From contig JAUCBJ010007907.1 in assembly GCA_032718475.1 (NCBI GenBank), positions 1-60,509 of the forward strand: a stretch of DNA of 60,509 nucleotides, read 5' to 3'. A program made the position numbers and the translations under genes. Below the pieces are notes generated by a model. It worked only from the letters and a program-made list of their open reading frames with translations, was not told the DNA's origin and did no database searches. Below are positions 47,255 to 60,215 of this stretch, piece after piece. The DNA is from Nemertoderma westbladi. Lineage: Eukaryota; Animalia; Xenacoelomorpha. Numbering within the stretch: position 1 is the first letter of the stretch; each line of letters opens with the position of its first letter.

Positions 47255-47275
47255 ACAGACTGATATGGGCTGATG

Positions 47276-48967
47276 TAGGGTTCAACAGAAGGCACTTTAT
47301 GGGGCCGAACCGAACCGAACCGAAGCAGGGCCAACTTCGGGCCGAACCGAACCGAATCCGAACCGAAGTTCAGAAAGTTAGAAAGTTATGGTCATAAATT
47401 CGTATTTACGTCACTATCAGACTATACAGGCTGACTGGCAGTGGCAGACTGGTGCCTGCCTATATGGTCTGAGGACTTAGCGAGAAAGCTATGATTAATT
47501 AAAAAAATAAATACTACAAATTAAAATGGCAATATTTACATTACTGTACATTACTAACCTAAACTACTGTATACTTACTGTATGCATGCACTTACTGTAT
47601 GCACCACATTTTCACCCGTCACGTAGTAAGCCGTTCAGTAGTGACATCAAATTTAGAAAACCTCACTAAAAGTACAGGTAGTCTTTGTAATACTATTTAT
47701 ATGAGGTAGTAGGTATATTTGGTATTATGTATCAAAGTTATGATTAATTAAAAAATAGGGTACTATAAAGTAAAATGGCAATATTTAGCCTAACCTAAAC
47801 TACTGTATAATTAAGCTAATTTTGAAACTACCCAAGTAACCTGGAAACAATAAAAAAAATAATGCCATTTAAATTAAAGTTCAGTCCAAAATTAAGGGTG
47901 TAAACGTTAAGCAGACATTGGTGCAGATAGTGGTGCAGACACCTGGTGCGGCCAGTGGTGCAGACACTGGTGCAGCGTGCAGACAGTGGTGCAGACAATG
48001 GTGCAGACACTGGTGCAGACAGTGGCATGAGTGGTGCAAACACTGGTGCAGACCCAGACAGTGGTGCAGACACTGGTCCAGACAGTGGTGCAGGCAGACA
48101 CCTGGTGAAAATACTTAAATACCAGAGTACCACAAAACACAATACTATTATATTATAGTTTATCATAGACTTTATTATCTACAACTATGCAAGTAACTAC
48201 TGAAAGGTTCTACATGAAATAGGGAGGACGTACTGACGTATGTAGTACAAGTCGAGGTGCGTGCGGGTGAATGTGCCCTGATTACAAATAATTATAAGAG
48301 GTGTGTACGAAAATAATTAAGTGCAGACTGCACCGGTCTGCAAAAGGTGCCTGCACCACTGTCTGCTCCACTGCCTGCACCAGCGTCTGCACCACTGTCT
48401 GCACCACTGTCTGCACCAGTGTCTGCACCACTGTCTGCACCCAGGTCTGCACCACTGCCACTGCCTGCACCACTGTCTGCACCACTGTCTGCACCAGTGT
48501 CAGCACCACTGTCTGCACCACTGTCTGCACCAGTGTCTGCACCAGGTGTCTGCACCACTGTCTGCACCACTGTCTGCACCAGTGTCTGCACCACTGTCTG
48601 CACCAGTGTCTGCACCACTGTCTGCACCAGTGTCTGCACCACTGTTGCACCACTGTCTGCACCAGTGCGTGCACCACTGTCTGCACCAGGTGTCTGCACC
48701 ACTGTATGCATCACTGTCTGCACCACTGTCTGCTCTGCACCAGTGTCTGCTTAATGTTTACACTCCAAAATTAATTAGTACAACGATGGACAGATTGATT
48801 AGTCTTACTGTCTTCTGGTCTTAGCTCAATCAGTCAATGTAATACTTGGAATATTTAGCAACGTCTGCTCCGGGCTTCTGCAGTATCAATTGCAGAAGCC
48901 GAACCGAACCGAAATTGCCAAACTTCGGCCCGAACCGAACCGAAGCCGAAGCTTCTGTTGAGCCCTA
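47276..48967. mobile_element. hAT-type non-autonomous element
   Basis: TIRs tagggttcaacagaag / cttctgttgagcccta, perfect 8-bp TSD GGCTGATG, and ccgaa subterminal repeats. Confidence 0.9.
47896..48765. mobile_element. Mutator/Foldback-like element with arms made of 12-bp tandem repeats
   Basis: TIRs gggtgtaaacgttaagcagaca / tgtctgcttaatgtttacactc, perfect 9-bp TSD CAAAATTAA, and inverted arrays of gtctgcacca(c/g)t. Confidence 0.85.
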
Positions 48968-49916
48968 GGCTGATGGGTGTGATGTATGGCAGTATGGTGC
49001 CGCATTTCTTCAAGATTATATTTTATACAGCACTGGTACTAGCTGACTACTGGACTAGCTGGTACCTAACTGCTGACCGGTAGATAAGCAGATAAGCCTA
49101 CAATCAGACAATATATTCAATATTACAATATTCGATTTGATATTTGTTTTAAAAAGGGATAACAGGATAAGGTAATATTAGTCAGCCCAGCAGTGAGGTT
49201 TTATTCTCGGTGTCGGCTTAGTCTGTTAGTTAAAGACTGAAACTCAAGAGTCTGCTGGTCTGTGCAGCTGTGGGTTTCATTTTGTCATCAGAAATTTTCA
49301 AAAAACAAGCAATTTGGCTCTTTTTTTGTGATCAAAAACCTAAAAACCTACCGTAGTTTTAGGCTTTTTGAAAATTTTAGGTTTTTAACAAAAATCGACA
49401 AAAACCTACAGCCCTAGGCCTATGTTACTGCTGTACGGCTGGTAGGGTACCGTACTGCATTACGTTACCCGTCTGCCCGTAGCTCTGGTAGCTGTTTCTT
49501 ATTTTTCTTTGAACGTACGGTAGGCCTACTAATAGCAATACGCAATAGCTGAATGAATAGTGCAGTAGTGTAATACTTTAATACTGTAATAGTCGGAATG
49601 GAATTGGAATTGGAATTGTTTATAGACATCAAAATACAGTAAAAATATTAAAAACATAGGCTATACGTTAAACGTTACACACAACAGTACAATCGAAACT
49701 GAAACAAGTATTTACAAATTTATTCATTATTTATAATTAATTACAGTAGGCCTGGCCTACACTGTAAAATATTCGGTTTTATCGTTTGGGATATTAGATT
49801 ACGGTAAGGTGTAGCTGTAGGACTTTAAAATTATGGTATTGTATACTAAAAACAATAGATATAGAAAACAATAGACAATAGACAAAATCAGATAGTTAAT
49901 ATTTATTTACTGGAAT

Positions 49917-50891
49917 ATGGCTGAGGCACATGCCGTTGCAGCATTCTCCTTTACGGTTACACACGAGGGCGTTGACTTGCGGATCAATAATGAGGCATTC
50001 AGGGCTATTTGGTGGGATGGTTTCCGTCGGTGGCGTAAACGCTACACATCTGCCCGTAACGCCCTAGAATCTGTTATCTACCCCGTCCCATTCTATACCT
50101 GCATTCTGGTATTCGCTGCTATGATTTTGGGTCTCGCCATTGAATTACGACCTTGTGTGACTGCTTCCACTCTCATCCACACATACCTACCAGTAACGCA
50201 CTCCAGGATCTATGTAATCCTATCATATTTCTTTGTTTCCACGATAGTTTGGCTCTGTGTCGCTTTTTTATTACGATTATCACTTCGAATGTTGCTGATC
50301 TACAAGGGATGGATGTACGAGGAATTCGGAACAGTTTCTCTAAAGTCTAAGATTTGGTTAATTTTGGTTCGTATTTTGGGAGGACGGAAACCAATGCTGA
50401 TGAGTTACCAACTGGCTCTTCCACGTTTGCCTGTGCCACCGGTATCCCACACATTAGATGCATTCCTCGCTTCCATCAAGCCACTTTATTCCAAGGAGCG
50501 TTACGATAAGATCGCTGCAGAAGCCGCTCGATTTGCGGAGACCATTGCCCCGCGATTGCAAAGGTACCTAATATTAAAGTCCTGGTGGGCAGCCAATTAC
50601 GTCACAGATTGGTGGGAGGAGTATATATATCTATCTGGTCGTAGTCCTATTATGATCAACAGCAACTACCTTGGGCTCGATGCCCCCTTCAATTACAGTA
50701 AACGCAGACAGGCTGCTCGTGCTGGGAACGCCATTCATCTATATATGAAATTCCGACGTTTAATCGAGAGTGGTTGCCTGAAACCGCTCCGACTTAAAGG
50801 GATCGTTCCTTTATGTTCGGCTCAATATGAACGGCTATTTAACACAACAAGGATACCCCGTCTGGAGAAGGATGAAATAGTACATTATGAG
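49917..50891 (+). CDS. CPT1: CPT1 paralogue B, coding exon 1
   Basis: Canonical N-terminus MAEAHAVAAFSFTVTHEGVDL; gtaaat donor at 50892, same intron position as copy A. Confidence 0.93.
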
Positions 50892-52499
50892 GTAAATATG
50901 TATAATTTTGTTTGATTGATTAATTTTGATTTAACACTTAACTACGCGGATACTGGTATAGGTATATATAATTTTCTATTCATCTGCTTGAATTTCTGCA
51001 TGATATTCATAAAAATGTTTGTTTTTAATTACGATGTTTCGAGTCTGCGTGACTCTTATACTTGCATTCAAAGTAATTTTCTAGAACAAATAAATAATTG
51101 AAATATAAAAGCCCTAGGTAACAATTATAATATACAGTATTTTAATATTCTTGAAGAATACCTGTGTGTGTGTGTGTTGTGTAGTAGGGATTTCATCCGG
51201 AGCCGGAGCCCGGAGGTTCCTCCGGATTAGAATATGAGCTCCGGCCGGAGCCAGAGGTTTGTTGATTGATAATTCCAGTGTATTATTATAGTAGACATAG
51301 ACAGATATGTGTTCATGAGAAATGGGGGGGGGGGGGGATTTGATGCAATTAATATCTCGCCTCAATGTTAAATTATCTATTACCGTAAGATAAATGAGCA
51401 GTTTACATTTGCATGTTATTCTAATCAAAACAATAAACTATATTCAATAGAACAGGTTACAGTTTTATTTTTGGGAGTAATCAGCAGTTATTTTCGTCGA
51501 TTTTCTCCTGGAGAGGGATGCATTTTGATTGCGTCCAAAGACTCCCTTATCTGGTGTTCAATGGGCTAAAATATTATATACTGTAATGTTTTAGACTTTT
51601 CAGTTCTCACTCATTACGCAAACTCTGTATATCAGTAACTTCGGTTTGTTGTCAACTTATCATCGACACTATTTTTATGGGACATTGTGTAATTAATTTC
51701 CAGTAGTTGGTGCAGTATTCCGTATATTGTCAATGATAAACGATAAAGCATGTACCCCCTACAATACGTACCAACGTACCTAGGCTGGCATAAACCGTAT
51801 ACCGGACGTCGAGCTAGGGGACTACCCTCGATATTAAACCTTAAATATTAAATATTCAACCCAGCTTATATATTTCTGCCCCTAGGGCCATCTTCAGAGC
51901 ACCAATTCAACAATAATCCCAACAGCAAGACTGGCCCTACATACAGAAATTCTACAGTACCAAACAGAAGGCTAAAGCAAACCAAATATAGAAGATTTAT
52001 GTTTCCACTACACGTTTCAACCAGACGTTTTCTTTCTGGTAGGCCAGTTGCCTATATTCTACAATTAATAGTCCAACCAACTGTACAGCAGTGCAACGTG
52101 TACAAATGTACCGTCAGTTAAATGCTGCACTACTGTCCTGTAGTACAAACTCCTTCCCTCAGTCTATAAATAATGACCTACGCGTAGGCTCGGCCGATAT
52201 ACTGTAGCCAGCGTACCTTATTGCACAATACTATATCTACTGCACCAAATACCCTTAACATTACCATAATTATTTGTGTACCTCCTCGACCATAGTAACC
52301 GCAAAAATAACTATTAAACAAAACCGCTATCACTTACATTAATCAGAATTACTAATATCACATTACTGAACGCGACGCTAGGAAACTGAAGCTAACTACT
52401 AAACAAAACTATATCAACAGCCTCACTTTACTACATAGATCAGAAGTTAAATATTACCTTAGTGTATGTACGCGACCGTATTATTTAACATAACTCAGA

Positions 52500-54040
52500 A
52501 ACTGTATCACATTACTGTACGCGACCGTAGGAAACCGTAAAATAACGATTAAACAGAAACTATATCAACAGCACCATTATTACATAACATAAACCAAAAT
52601 TAATACCACATTACTGTACGCAACCATAGAAACCGTCGAAATAACAATTAAACTGAAACTATATCAACAGCACCATTATTACATAACATAAAAACCAAAA
52701 TTAATACCACATTACTGTACGCAACCATAGAAACCGTCAAAATAACAATTAAACTGAAACTATATCAACAGCACCATTATTACATAACATAAAAACCAAA
52801 ATTAATACCACATTACTGTACACAGCCATAGAAACCGTAAAATAACGATTAAACTGAAACTATATCAACAGCACCATTATTACATAACATAAACCAAAAT
52901 TACTACCACATTACTGTACGCAACACATTACTGTACGCAACCATAGAAACCGTAAAATAACAATTATCAACAGCCCCATTATTACATAACATAAACCAAA
53001 ATTAATACCACATTAATTTACCAATTAATACCATTAGTACGCAACCATAGAAACCGTAAAATAACAATTATCAACAGCCCCATTATTACATAACATAAAC
53101 CAAAATTCATACCACATTAATTTACCAATTAATACCATTAGTACGCAACCATAGAAACCGTAAAATAACAATTATCAACAGCCCCATTATTACATAACAT
53201 AAACCAAAATTAATACCACATTAATTTACCAATTAATACCACATTACTGTACGCAACCATAGAAACCGTAAAATAACAATTAAACTGAAACTATATCAAC
53301 AGCACCATTATTACATAACATAACCCAAAATTAATACCACATTACTGTACGCAACCATAGAAACCGTAAACTAACAATTAAACTGAAACTATATCAACAG
53401 CACCATTATTACATAACATAAACCAAAATTACTACGACATTACTGTACGCAACCATAGAAACCGTAAAATAACAATTAAACTGAAACTATATCAACAGCA
53501 CCATCATTACATAACATAAACCAAAATTAATACCACATTACTATACGCGACACATTACTGTACGCAACCATAGAAACCGTAAAATAACAATTATCAACAG
53601 CCCCATTATTACATAACATAAACCAAAATTAATACCACATTAATTTACCAATTAATACCATTAGTAGGCAACCATAGAAACCGTAAAATAACAATTATCA
53701 ACAGCCCCATTATTACATAACATAAACCAAAATTAATACCACATTACTGTACGCAACACATTACTGTACGCAACCATAGAAACCGTAAAATAACAATTAT
53801 CAACAGCCCCATTATTACATAACATAAACCAAAATTAATACCACATTAATTTACCAATTAATACCATTAGTACGCAACCATGGAAACCGTAAAATAACAA
53901 TTATCAACAGCCCCATTATTACATAACATAAACCAAAATTAATACCACATTAATTTACCAATTAATACCATTAGTACGCAACCATAGAAACCGTAAAATA
54001 ACAATTATCAACAGCCCCATTATTACATAACATAAACCAT
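52500..54040. repeat. ~100-bp satellite (~15 units) in intron 1 of CPT1-B
   Basis: cattactgtacgcaaccatagaaaccgtaaaataacaatta...cattattacataacataaaccaaaattaatacca; units start at 52609, 52710, 52811 and so on. Confidence 0.95.
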
Positions 54041-54882
54041 TTTATGTAAAATAGTTATTATAATAAGTAAATATATTTATAATAAAAATAATTATAGTAA
54101 ACATGTGTTGAGGTGTTGAGACAAAAACACGTGATGTGTTTTTGCGGATGGTCTTGCAGTCTTTGATTTTTATGGTGGTTCAATATTATACGTAACGTCC
54201 AGGCAGGTGAAATGCCTTGGCTTGGTATTATTTTATCTATTGTATGTAGTAATTTCTTCCAAAATTGTAACATTACTCAACGCCGTTAGTATTAAGAGCG
54301 AGTTGTTATTTAGCACTTTACAACTTTAGAGGACATTACAGTATTGTAGTGGCTTGTACATGTACATTTATTATTGTATTTGTGTATTATTATGTGGTAA
54401 TGTCTAGGGATGTTCCTGAATCTATATTTTGATTTCGGCTGGAACCGGAACCGGAATTTAACATGCCGGAATATTCCGGCCGGAACCATAATATCGAATA
54501 TCGATTCCGGTTATAATTTCGAAGTTATAAGGCTTTTCGAGGTCGCTGATCACGATAGAACTTGTGAAAGATATTTTATGGTACCGTAGTGTATACATAT
54601 TACACAAAAATGCCACAAATAACATGAGTGTCATGTTCATGATCAGCATCCCGGCGACACCTAATGTCATAAAAATTAGTTTGATTTGGTTTGATTTGAT
54701 TTGGATTTTTCGTCCCCAACAGGCACATTCAAAATTACAGAAATTTTCTCAAATGTTATATATGAGTTCTATAATCGTGAATTTTCGTGATCAGCATCTA
54801 AAAAACCGCTATATACCGCAAATAAGTAAATTTTAGCGAGCCATAAAAACTTATGAAAACTTTCGCTCAAAAAATATGGCTC

Positions 54883-55647
54883 TTTCCGGTTTCAGGGGCA
54901 CTGAATATTTAACAACTGTAGTAGGCCTATTACTAATATTACTGTCAACTGTTATTTATTGTACCGGTTCATCAGTATTAGTTGTACATGTGTATAAACA
55001 CAACCTGACCCTGACAAAAGAAAAGCTTCCATTAGTGATGTAGTCTCAGACCACAGACTGACAGATTCATGTTGGCATCATTTTTACAATTTGTTTTCAT
55101 TAACATTTTTTCTACTGACTGTCTGACCAAATTGGTTCCCTCAATTGGTAAAGTGATCGTTTATTGTTTTGGTTAGAAATGCCCGCCTCTGTAACCTACT
55201 CCTTTCCCTCAATTGGTAAAGTGGCCTTTTATTGTTTTGGTTAGAAATGCCTGCCTATGTAACCTGCTCCTTTCCTTACAAAAATGATGAAATTAATTTG
55301 CAATTGTATTGTTTAATATTTACCGGGTAGGCCTACTCCTATTTCTATTATTATTCCGTACTCAGATTATTATGTTATGTATAATAAAAATATTGATTGA
55401 GAAAACCATGCTTATCCTTTAATTAAAAAAACCATTACCGGTCATAAAATCTTTAAAATTTTTTGGAAAATTGTTCCCGGTATTTTCCCGAGGAAACCGG
55501 GAAATTTGAGAAAAATATCAGTCTTTTCATATATATATAGACAATGTAGAAATGAATATGTGAAAAATTTTCTAAGTGTTTTCCAACCAGACAAGTGTTT
55601 TAGACACATGCGTTTTTATAGCGTTTCAGTGCCCCTCAAACCGGAAA
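54883..55647. repeat. 23-bp inverted repeat pair, probably a MITE remnant
   Basis: tttccggtttcaggggcactgaa (54883-54905) and ttcagtgcccctcaaaccggaaa (55625-55647). Confidence 0.55.
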
Positions 55648-56776
55648 TTCCCAAAAACATTGGAGATGAATGCCAGAATGGGACCACAGCACGAAAACTA
55701 ACATAGATATGATTTTGGCGTTTGCGCTGGTGCATAGGCCTAGCCCATTAAATTTTAGGGAAACTCGGTGTATCTGGCTCAAAGATACAGATGAATTTCA
55801 AACAAATTTCTAAAACGCCCAACCCGGGCCAAATGGGGTTAAACGACAGGGAATTAAATTTCATTATTTTTCAACCTTGGCCAAAAGTTAGCCAAAAACC
55901 TAGTGTTTCGCGTCATTAGTTCCTTTGGTGTAAAGGACCCCATATATATATATATAAGGACCCTATATAAAAAAATAAGCTGTAAATATTAAAATAAGCT
56001 GGAACTTATTTTCACTCACTCACTACGTTCGATCGTGTAACAAAGCACTCATATAATCACACTGTAAAGTGCTACTTTATACACAAGTATGTAAATAGTT
56101 ATTAGGACATTACTATCAGTATTGCCTTGTTCCTTTTTACAGTTCTACTGTAATCCGCCCTAGGCTGTTGCATTGCAATGGTGCCGGGAACTGGTGGGCA
56201 ATAAAGGTTGCAGTATTGAAGGAAATAATTTACTCTGTTCACATTAGGCCTACAACAATTTATGGATAATATCATTATTATTATTATTATTTATAATTTT
56301 TCAATTATTTTTCTATATTATTAAATTTATATCATAATGTATAATTACTTTTTAATTTAACGAAACGAAACGAATATTTAACGAAACGACGCACTTTTTA
56401 TTTCGTTTTTCGTTTCGATTAACATATTTTCGTTACGTTATTTTTTCGTGCCAAATATATATGCTTCGTTTCGTTTCGTTATGTCTACTACACAATACAC
56501 TCGCTGACTCGAAATATCGTAGTTAAAAAAAATATTTTAATTACTTGATAGGCCTATTGGTCTGTCAAAATATACTTCGTTCAACCCAAGATTATATCTT
56601 TTTATATTTATAACATTTATATAGTAAAATTTCGGATATTAGATATTAATGTCCGAATAATTTTATCCACAATAGAAGAGTTGAAAGGGTCTTTAGGTAC
56701 ATATGAGTGACCAAAAGTACGTTTCTTTCCGATACCTTTTTTTTATCGACGAACACACTACTTTCTTCAATTACAG

Positions 56777-57388
56777 GACAGTCAACATGTTATTGTTTAC
56801 CATCGAGGCCGATACTTCAAACTGCGGGTTTACGAACGTCGCAATGTGTCGGAACTACTGGAGCCGTGCGACATCGAGGCTCAGGTGGAGCGAATCCTAG
56901 CGGACCAGAGCGAACCGGCGCCCGGAGAGGAGCATCTCGCGGCTCTAACAGCCGGCGACCGGGACGTGTGGGCGGCGGCGAGGGCCCGGTACTTCCGACG
57001 CGGCGTCAACAAGGTCTCCTTGGACGCGATCGATCGCGCAGCCTTCTTCGTCAGTCTGGATGACGCGGAACCTGATATGGATTTAGAGAACTACGAATCC
57101 GGCGATGCGTGGGTTGCGTCTGCGCTTCACGGCCGCGGTTACGATCGCTGGTTCGATAAATCGTTTACGTTGATTGTTTATCGGAATGGGAGGTCTTCGG
57201 TGAACGCGGAGCATTCCTGGGCCGACGCCCCGATAGTGGCCCACATGTGCGAGTGGTCCGTAAAGATGGATCTAACGGAGTTGGGTTATACAGCCGACGG
57301 ACGTTGCCGGGGTGACGGGATTACGGATCACATTGATATCGCCCCGACGCGGTTGCAATGGGAGTTTAACGTAGACGCCATAGAAACG
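56777..57388 (+). CDS. CPT1: CPT1 paralogue B, coding exon 2
   Basis: ttacag acceptor; DSQHVIVYHRGRYF and AEHSWADAP; 612 nt as in copy A; gttagt donor. Confidence 0.93.
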
Positions 57389-57769
57389 GTTAGTACACCC
57401 AGGGGGCGTGGTGAAGGCAGCATCGCCCACGCATAGCTGGGAGGGTTTGCTATACTAGACGTCACTATGTAATCCTTTTACAATTGTAAAATTGTAATCC
57501 TTTCGACGCAAACAAAATCCATCCCACCCCATGGAAAATCTACTTAAATAACAGCAGATTACTCGGATCACTCAAATTACTTAGTTTATTGGTTTGGTTA
57601 GGATAACTTCCCACTGTAACCTACTCGTTTCCCTAGATTTATAATTTATCATTTAGTCTAACTATTAATTCCCCGAAATGGGATTTTCGTCCAGTTTTAC
57701 CCCCCTGTCTCGGTTATTCAAGCTGCCTGCTTCCTGTACCGCTATGTGACTTTGGAACACCGGGAGAGG

Positions 57770-58550
57770 ACCAGACAGGAAAGATTATTGAACAACTGTT
57801 ATCAGTATTTTACAGTATATTAACCGCAGTAGTTTCCAGTGGTAAACTCAACTCATACTGTCTTACCGCTTTTGCTTCAAAAGGTAAATTAACACATACA
57901 CATTCTTACTTACCAGAACTAGTGCTTCAAACTTTTACTTCCCGAATTGTAAATCCTTCGAAACCGATACTTTCTTTTCTTTTATAACGGTATTAAAAAT
58001 TGGAACGCTCTGTCTAATGAAATAGGCCTAAATAACCTAGATAATCAACATTCTTTTAAATCTGCAGTTAAATCTCACCTCCGTGTGCAATGTAAAAATA
58101 GGTACAATAGTCCTACAGTAAGTTATTAGTTTATTAATTATTTATTTACTATTTATTCTGTAAAATTACGTTTTATAAATTTTACTTTAGTTTATCTTTA
58201 TCATTGAATCTGAGTATTGTGTCGCTCATGGTAAAGTTTTATATTCGTAGTGTATTTACGTTATATATTGGTTTTAGGTTAGCGTAGTGTAATATTGTAT
58301 TTGTAACCAAGTAACATAAAGGACCCCCTTGGAAATAAGCTGCAAAGCTTTAGGGGTAATCCTATATGTTATGTTGGACAATACCTTTATACCGGTACAT
58401 TGTTTGGTGTACCGGTATTTGTTATTGTTTTCACATAATGTATCTAGCCGCAGTCGATTTCAAAGTTTCTTATTTTAGTTTTACTTAGTTTTACTTTTAT
58501 TTTACTTAGTTTGACACTGATTTTCCCTGACCAAAATTTGATAAATAAAA
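57770..58550 (+). mobile_element. 3' remnant of a CR1/L2-group (Crack/Daphne-like) LINE in intron 2 of CPT1-B
   Basis: Decayed HSY.TR..FYNGIKNWNAL..FKSAVKSHL C-terminus, followed by a 3' UTR with the GGACCCCC-TGGAAATAAG stem-loop and AATAAA. Confidence 0.7.
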
Positions 58551-59286
58551 CTCTATTCGGCACTTCCTTACCCATAATATACTTAACTAGAAAGGAGAGT
58601 TCCTGCCGAAGGCGGGTTTAATGAGATATGTTAAACTAAATGGATTTATTGGAACTATAACAATTGGTTATAATATTAACCTTGAAAACTAAACTTCTAA
58701 ACTTTTAATTTTCATGTGTTTTTCAAAATATCCACAATTTTTTTCTAGAACAATTTGCTTGCACTTATGCTAGTTAGTACCGGTATAGCTTTTTTATGAC
58801 ATAATTTAATAGCTTCAGTGCGTTAACTTTTTATTTTTATTGTGTAATGAAATATATAATTAAGTTGGAAAATTTCGTAATTATTGAGCACATAAATTAG
58901 CAAACAGGAATTTTTTAAAATTTAAAATGGACTTAGCTTTATAATTTTTTAAATGTTGTAACAAGTTAGGAACTTGAGCAACTTGCTAGTTAGGAACGCA
59001 CTTATTTATTTTGAAATTTTCCTTGAGGGCAATTGGTTATTTAGTGGGTAAGTGTCATTGGGGCCAATTGTCAATGGGATTGGGGGGCAATTTTCCGGGG
59101 GGCTATTAATAATTGTCCTTGGGGGAAATTGTCCGGGGGGAAATTATCCTCGGGGGGCAACAGTCCGGGTGCAATTGTCCTGTTACGGGATATATTATTG
59201 GCCTAAAGGCTAAAATCAAACATTAAATATAAGTAAGAATGGCCCATGCGTTCGTGTCCCAAAACAAAGTTGTTTATTTATTACAG

Positions 59287-60009
59287 ATCAATAAATCTTT
59301 ATCTACGGCAGAGGAGCTGATTTCTGATACCCACATTGTTATCCTTCCATTCAACCAGTACGGCAAAGGCTTTATGAAGAAGTGTGGGATTTCTCCAGAC
59401 GGCTACATCCAACAGTGTCTCCAACTCGCGGTCTTTAGAGATCTAGGAGAGTTCTGTCTCACTTACGAGTCATCCATGACGCGACTCTGGCGGGAAGGCC
59501 GCACTGAGACAGTCAGATCGTTGAGTTCCGAATCCGTGGAATTTGTTCGCGCGATGAACGATAAAGGCGTTACTAAGCAACGCAGACGCGAGTTGCTTAA
59601 TATAGCTTGCGACAAACACCAACAGTTGTATCGAGACGCTATGAGTGGGAAAGGAGTCGACAGACATTTATTCTGTCTCTACATAGTGTCGCGTTATCTG
59701 AACGTAGAAGCTCCTTTCCTTAAGGATAACCTATCGGAACCGTGGCGACTCAGCACCTCGCAGACACCCATCAATCAGTGCTCCGTGGTGAACGCCACAA
59801 AGCAACCTGAGTTGGTATCAGCTGGCGGAGGATTCGGGCCCGTATCCGATAATGGATACGGTGTATCCTACATCGTATCCGGCGAGGATATGTTGTTCTT
59901 CCACATCTCGTGTAAGAGGAAGTTGGGGTTGACCGACGCCGATCGCCTCCGTTGTAACATACAGAACGTTATGGGCGAGGTTAAAGAGCTCTGGTCCAAG
60001 GATGACTAG
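59287..60009 (+). CDS. CPT1: CPT1 paralogue B, coding exon 3
   Basis: ttacag acceptor; TYESSMTR, LSTSQTP and GGGFGPV; spliced product 769 aa. Confidence 0.93.
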   Translation: MNKSLSTAEELISDTHIVILPFNQYGKGFMKKCGISPDGYIQQCLQLAVFRDLGEFCLTYESSMTRLWREGRTETVRSLSSESVEFVRAMNDKGVTKQRRRELLNIACDKHQQLYRDAMSGKGVDRHLFCLYIVSRYLNVEAPFLKDNLSEPWRLSTSQTPINQCSVVNATKQPELVSAGGGFGPVSDNGYGVSYIVSGEDMLFFHISCKRKLGLTDADRLRCNIQNVMGEVKELWSKDD

Positions 60010-60172
60010 GCCGCGTAGGTAACGTTTGCCAAGGAACATTATTTACTACTCAATAATTGTATCTAGTGTGGCCTGGTCGATATGCGATACGCACAAATCT
60101 AGATATATTTCTATGCATCGGTTTGGTAAAGTCCAGCTCCTATTATCCTAGCCTCTATCGATTTTGGTTTTA

Positions 60173-60215
60173 GGGGGCGTTCATAAAGTATGTCATGCAC
60201 TAGGGGGGTAGGGGG
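60173..60215 (+). mobile_element. Possible PIF/Harbinger MITE terminus
   Basis: tta|gggggcgttcataaagtatgtca resembles Harbinger TIRs; the partner end is not in the window. Confidence 0.35.

Larger units (their letters stand above)
42967..49416. mobile_element. Possible old hAT-like non-autonomous element enclosing several younger insertions
   Basis: CAGGGCTG with aggtttt subterminal repeats on the left; aaaacct repeats and CAGCCCTA on the right. No TSD seen. Confidence 0.4.

Noticed and set aside
47828-48824. His/Cys-rich and SAPL-repeat ORFs
   Set aside because: By-products of a stop-free 12-bp repeat inside a TIR/TSD-bounded element.
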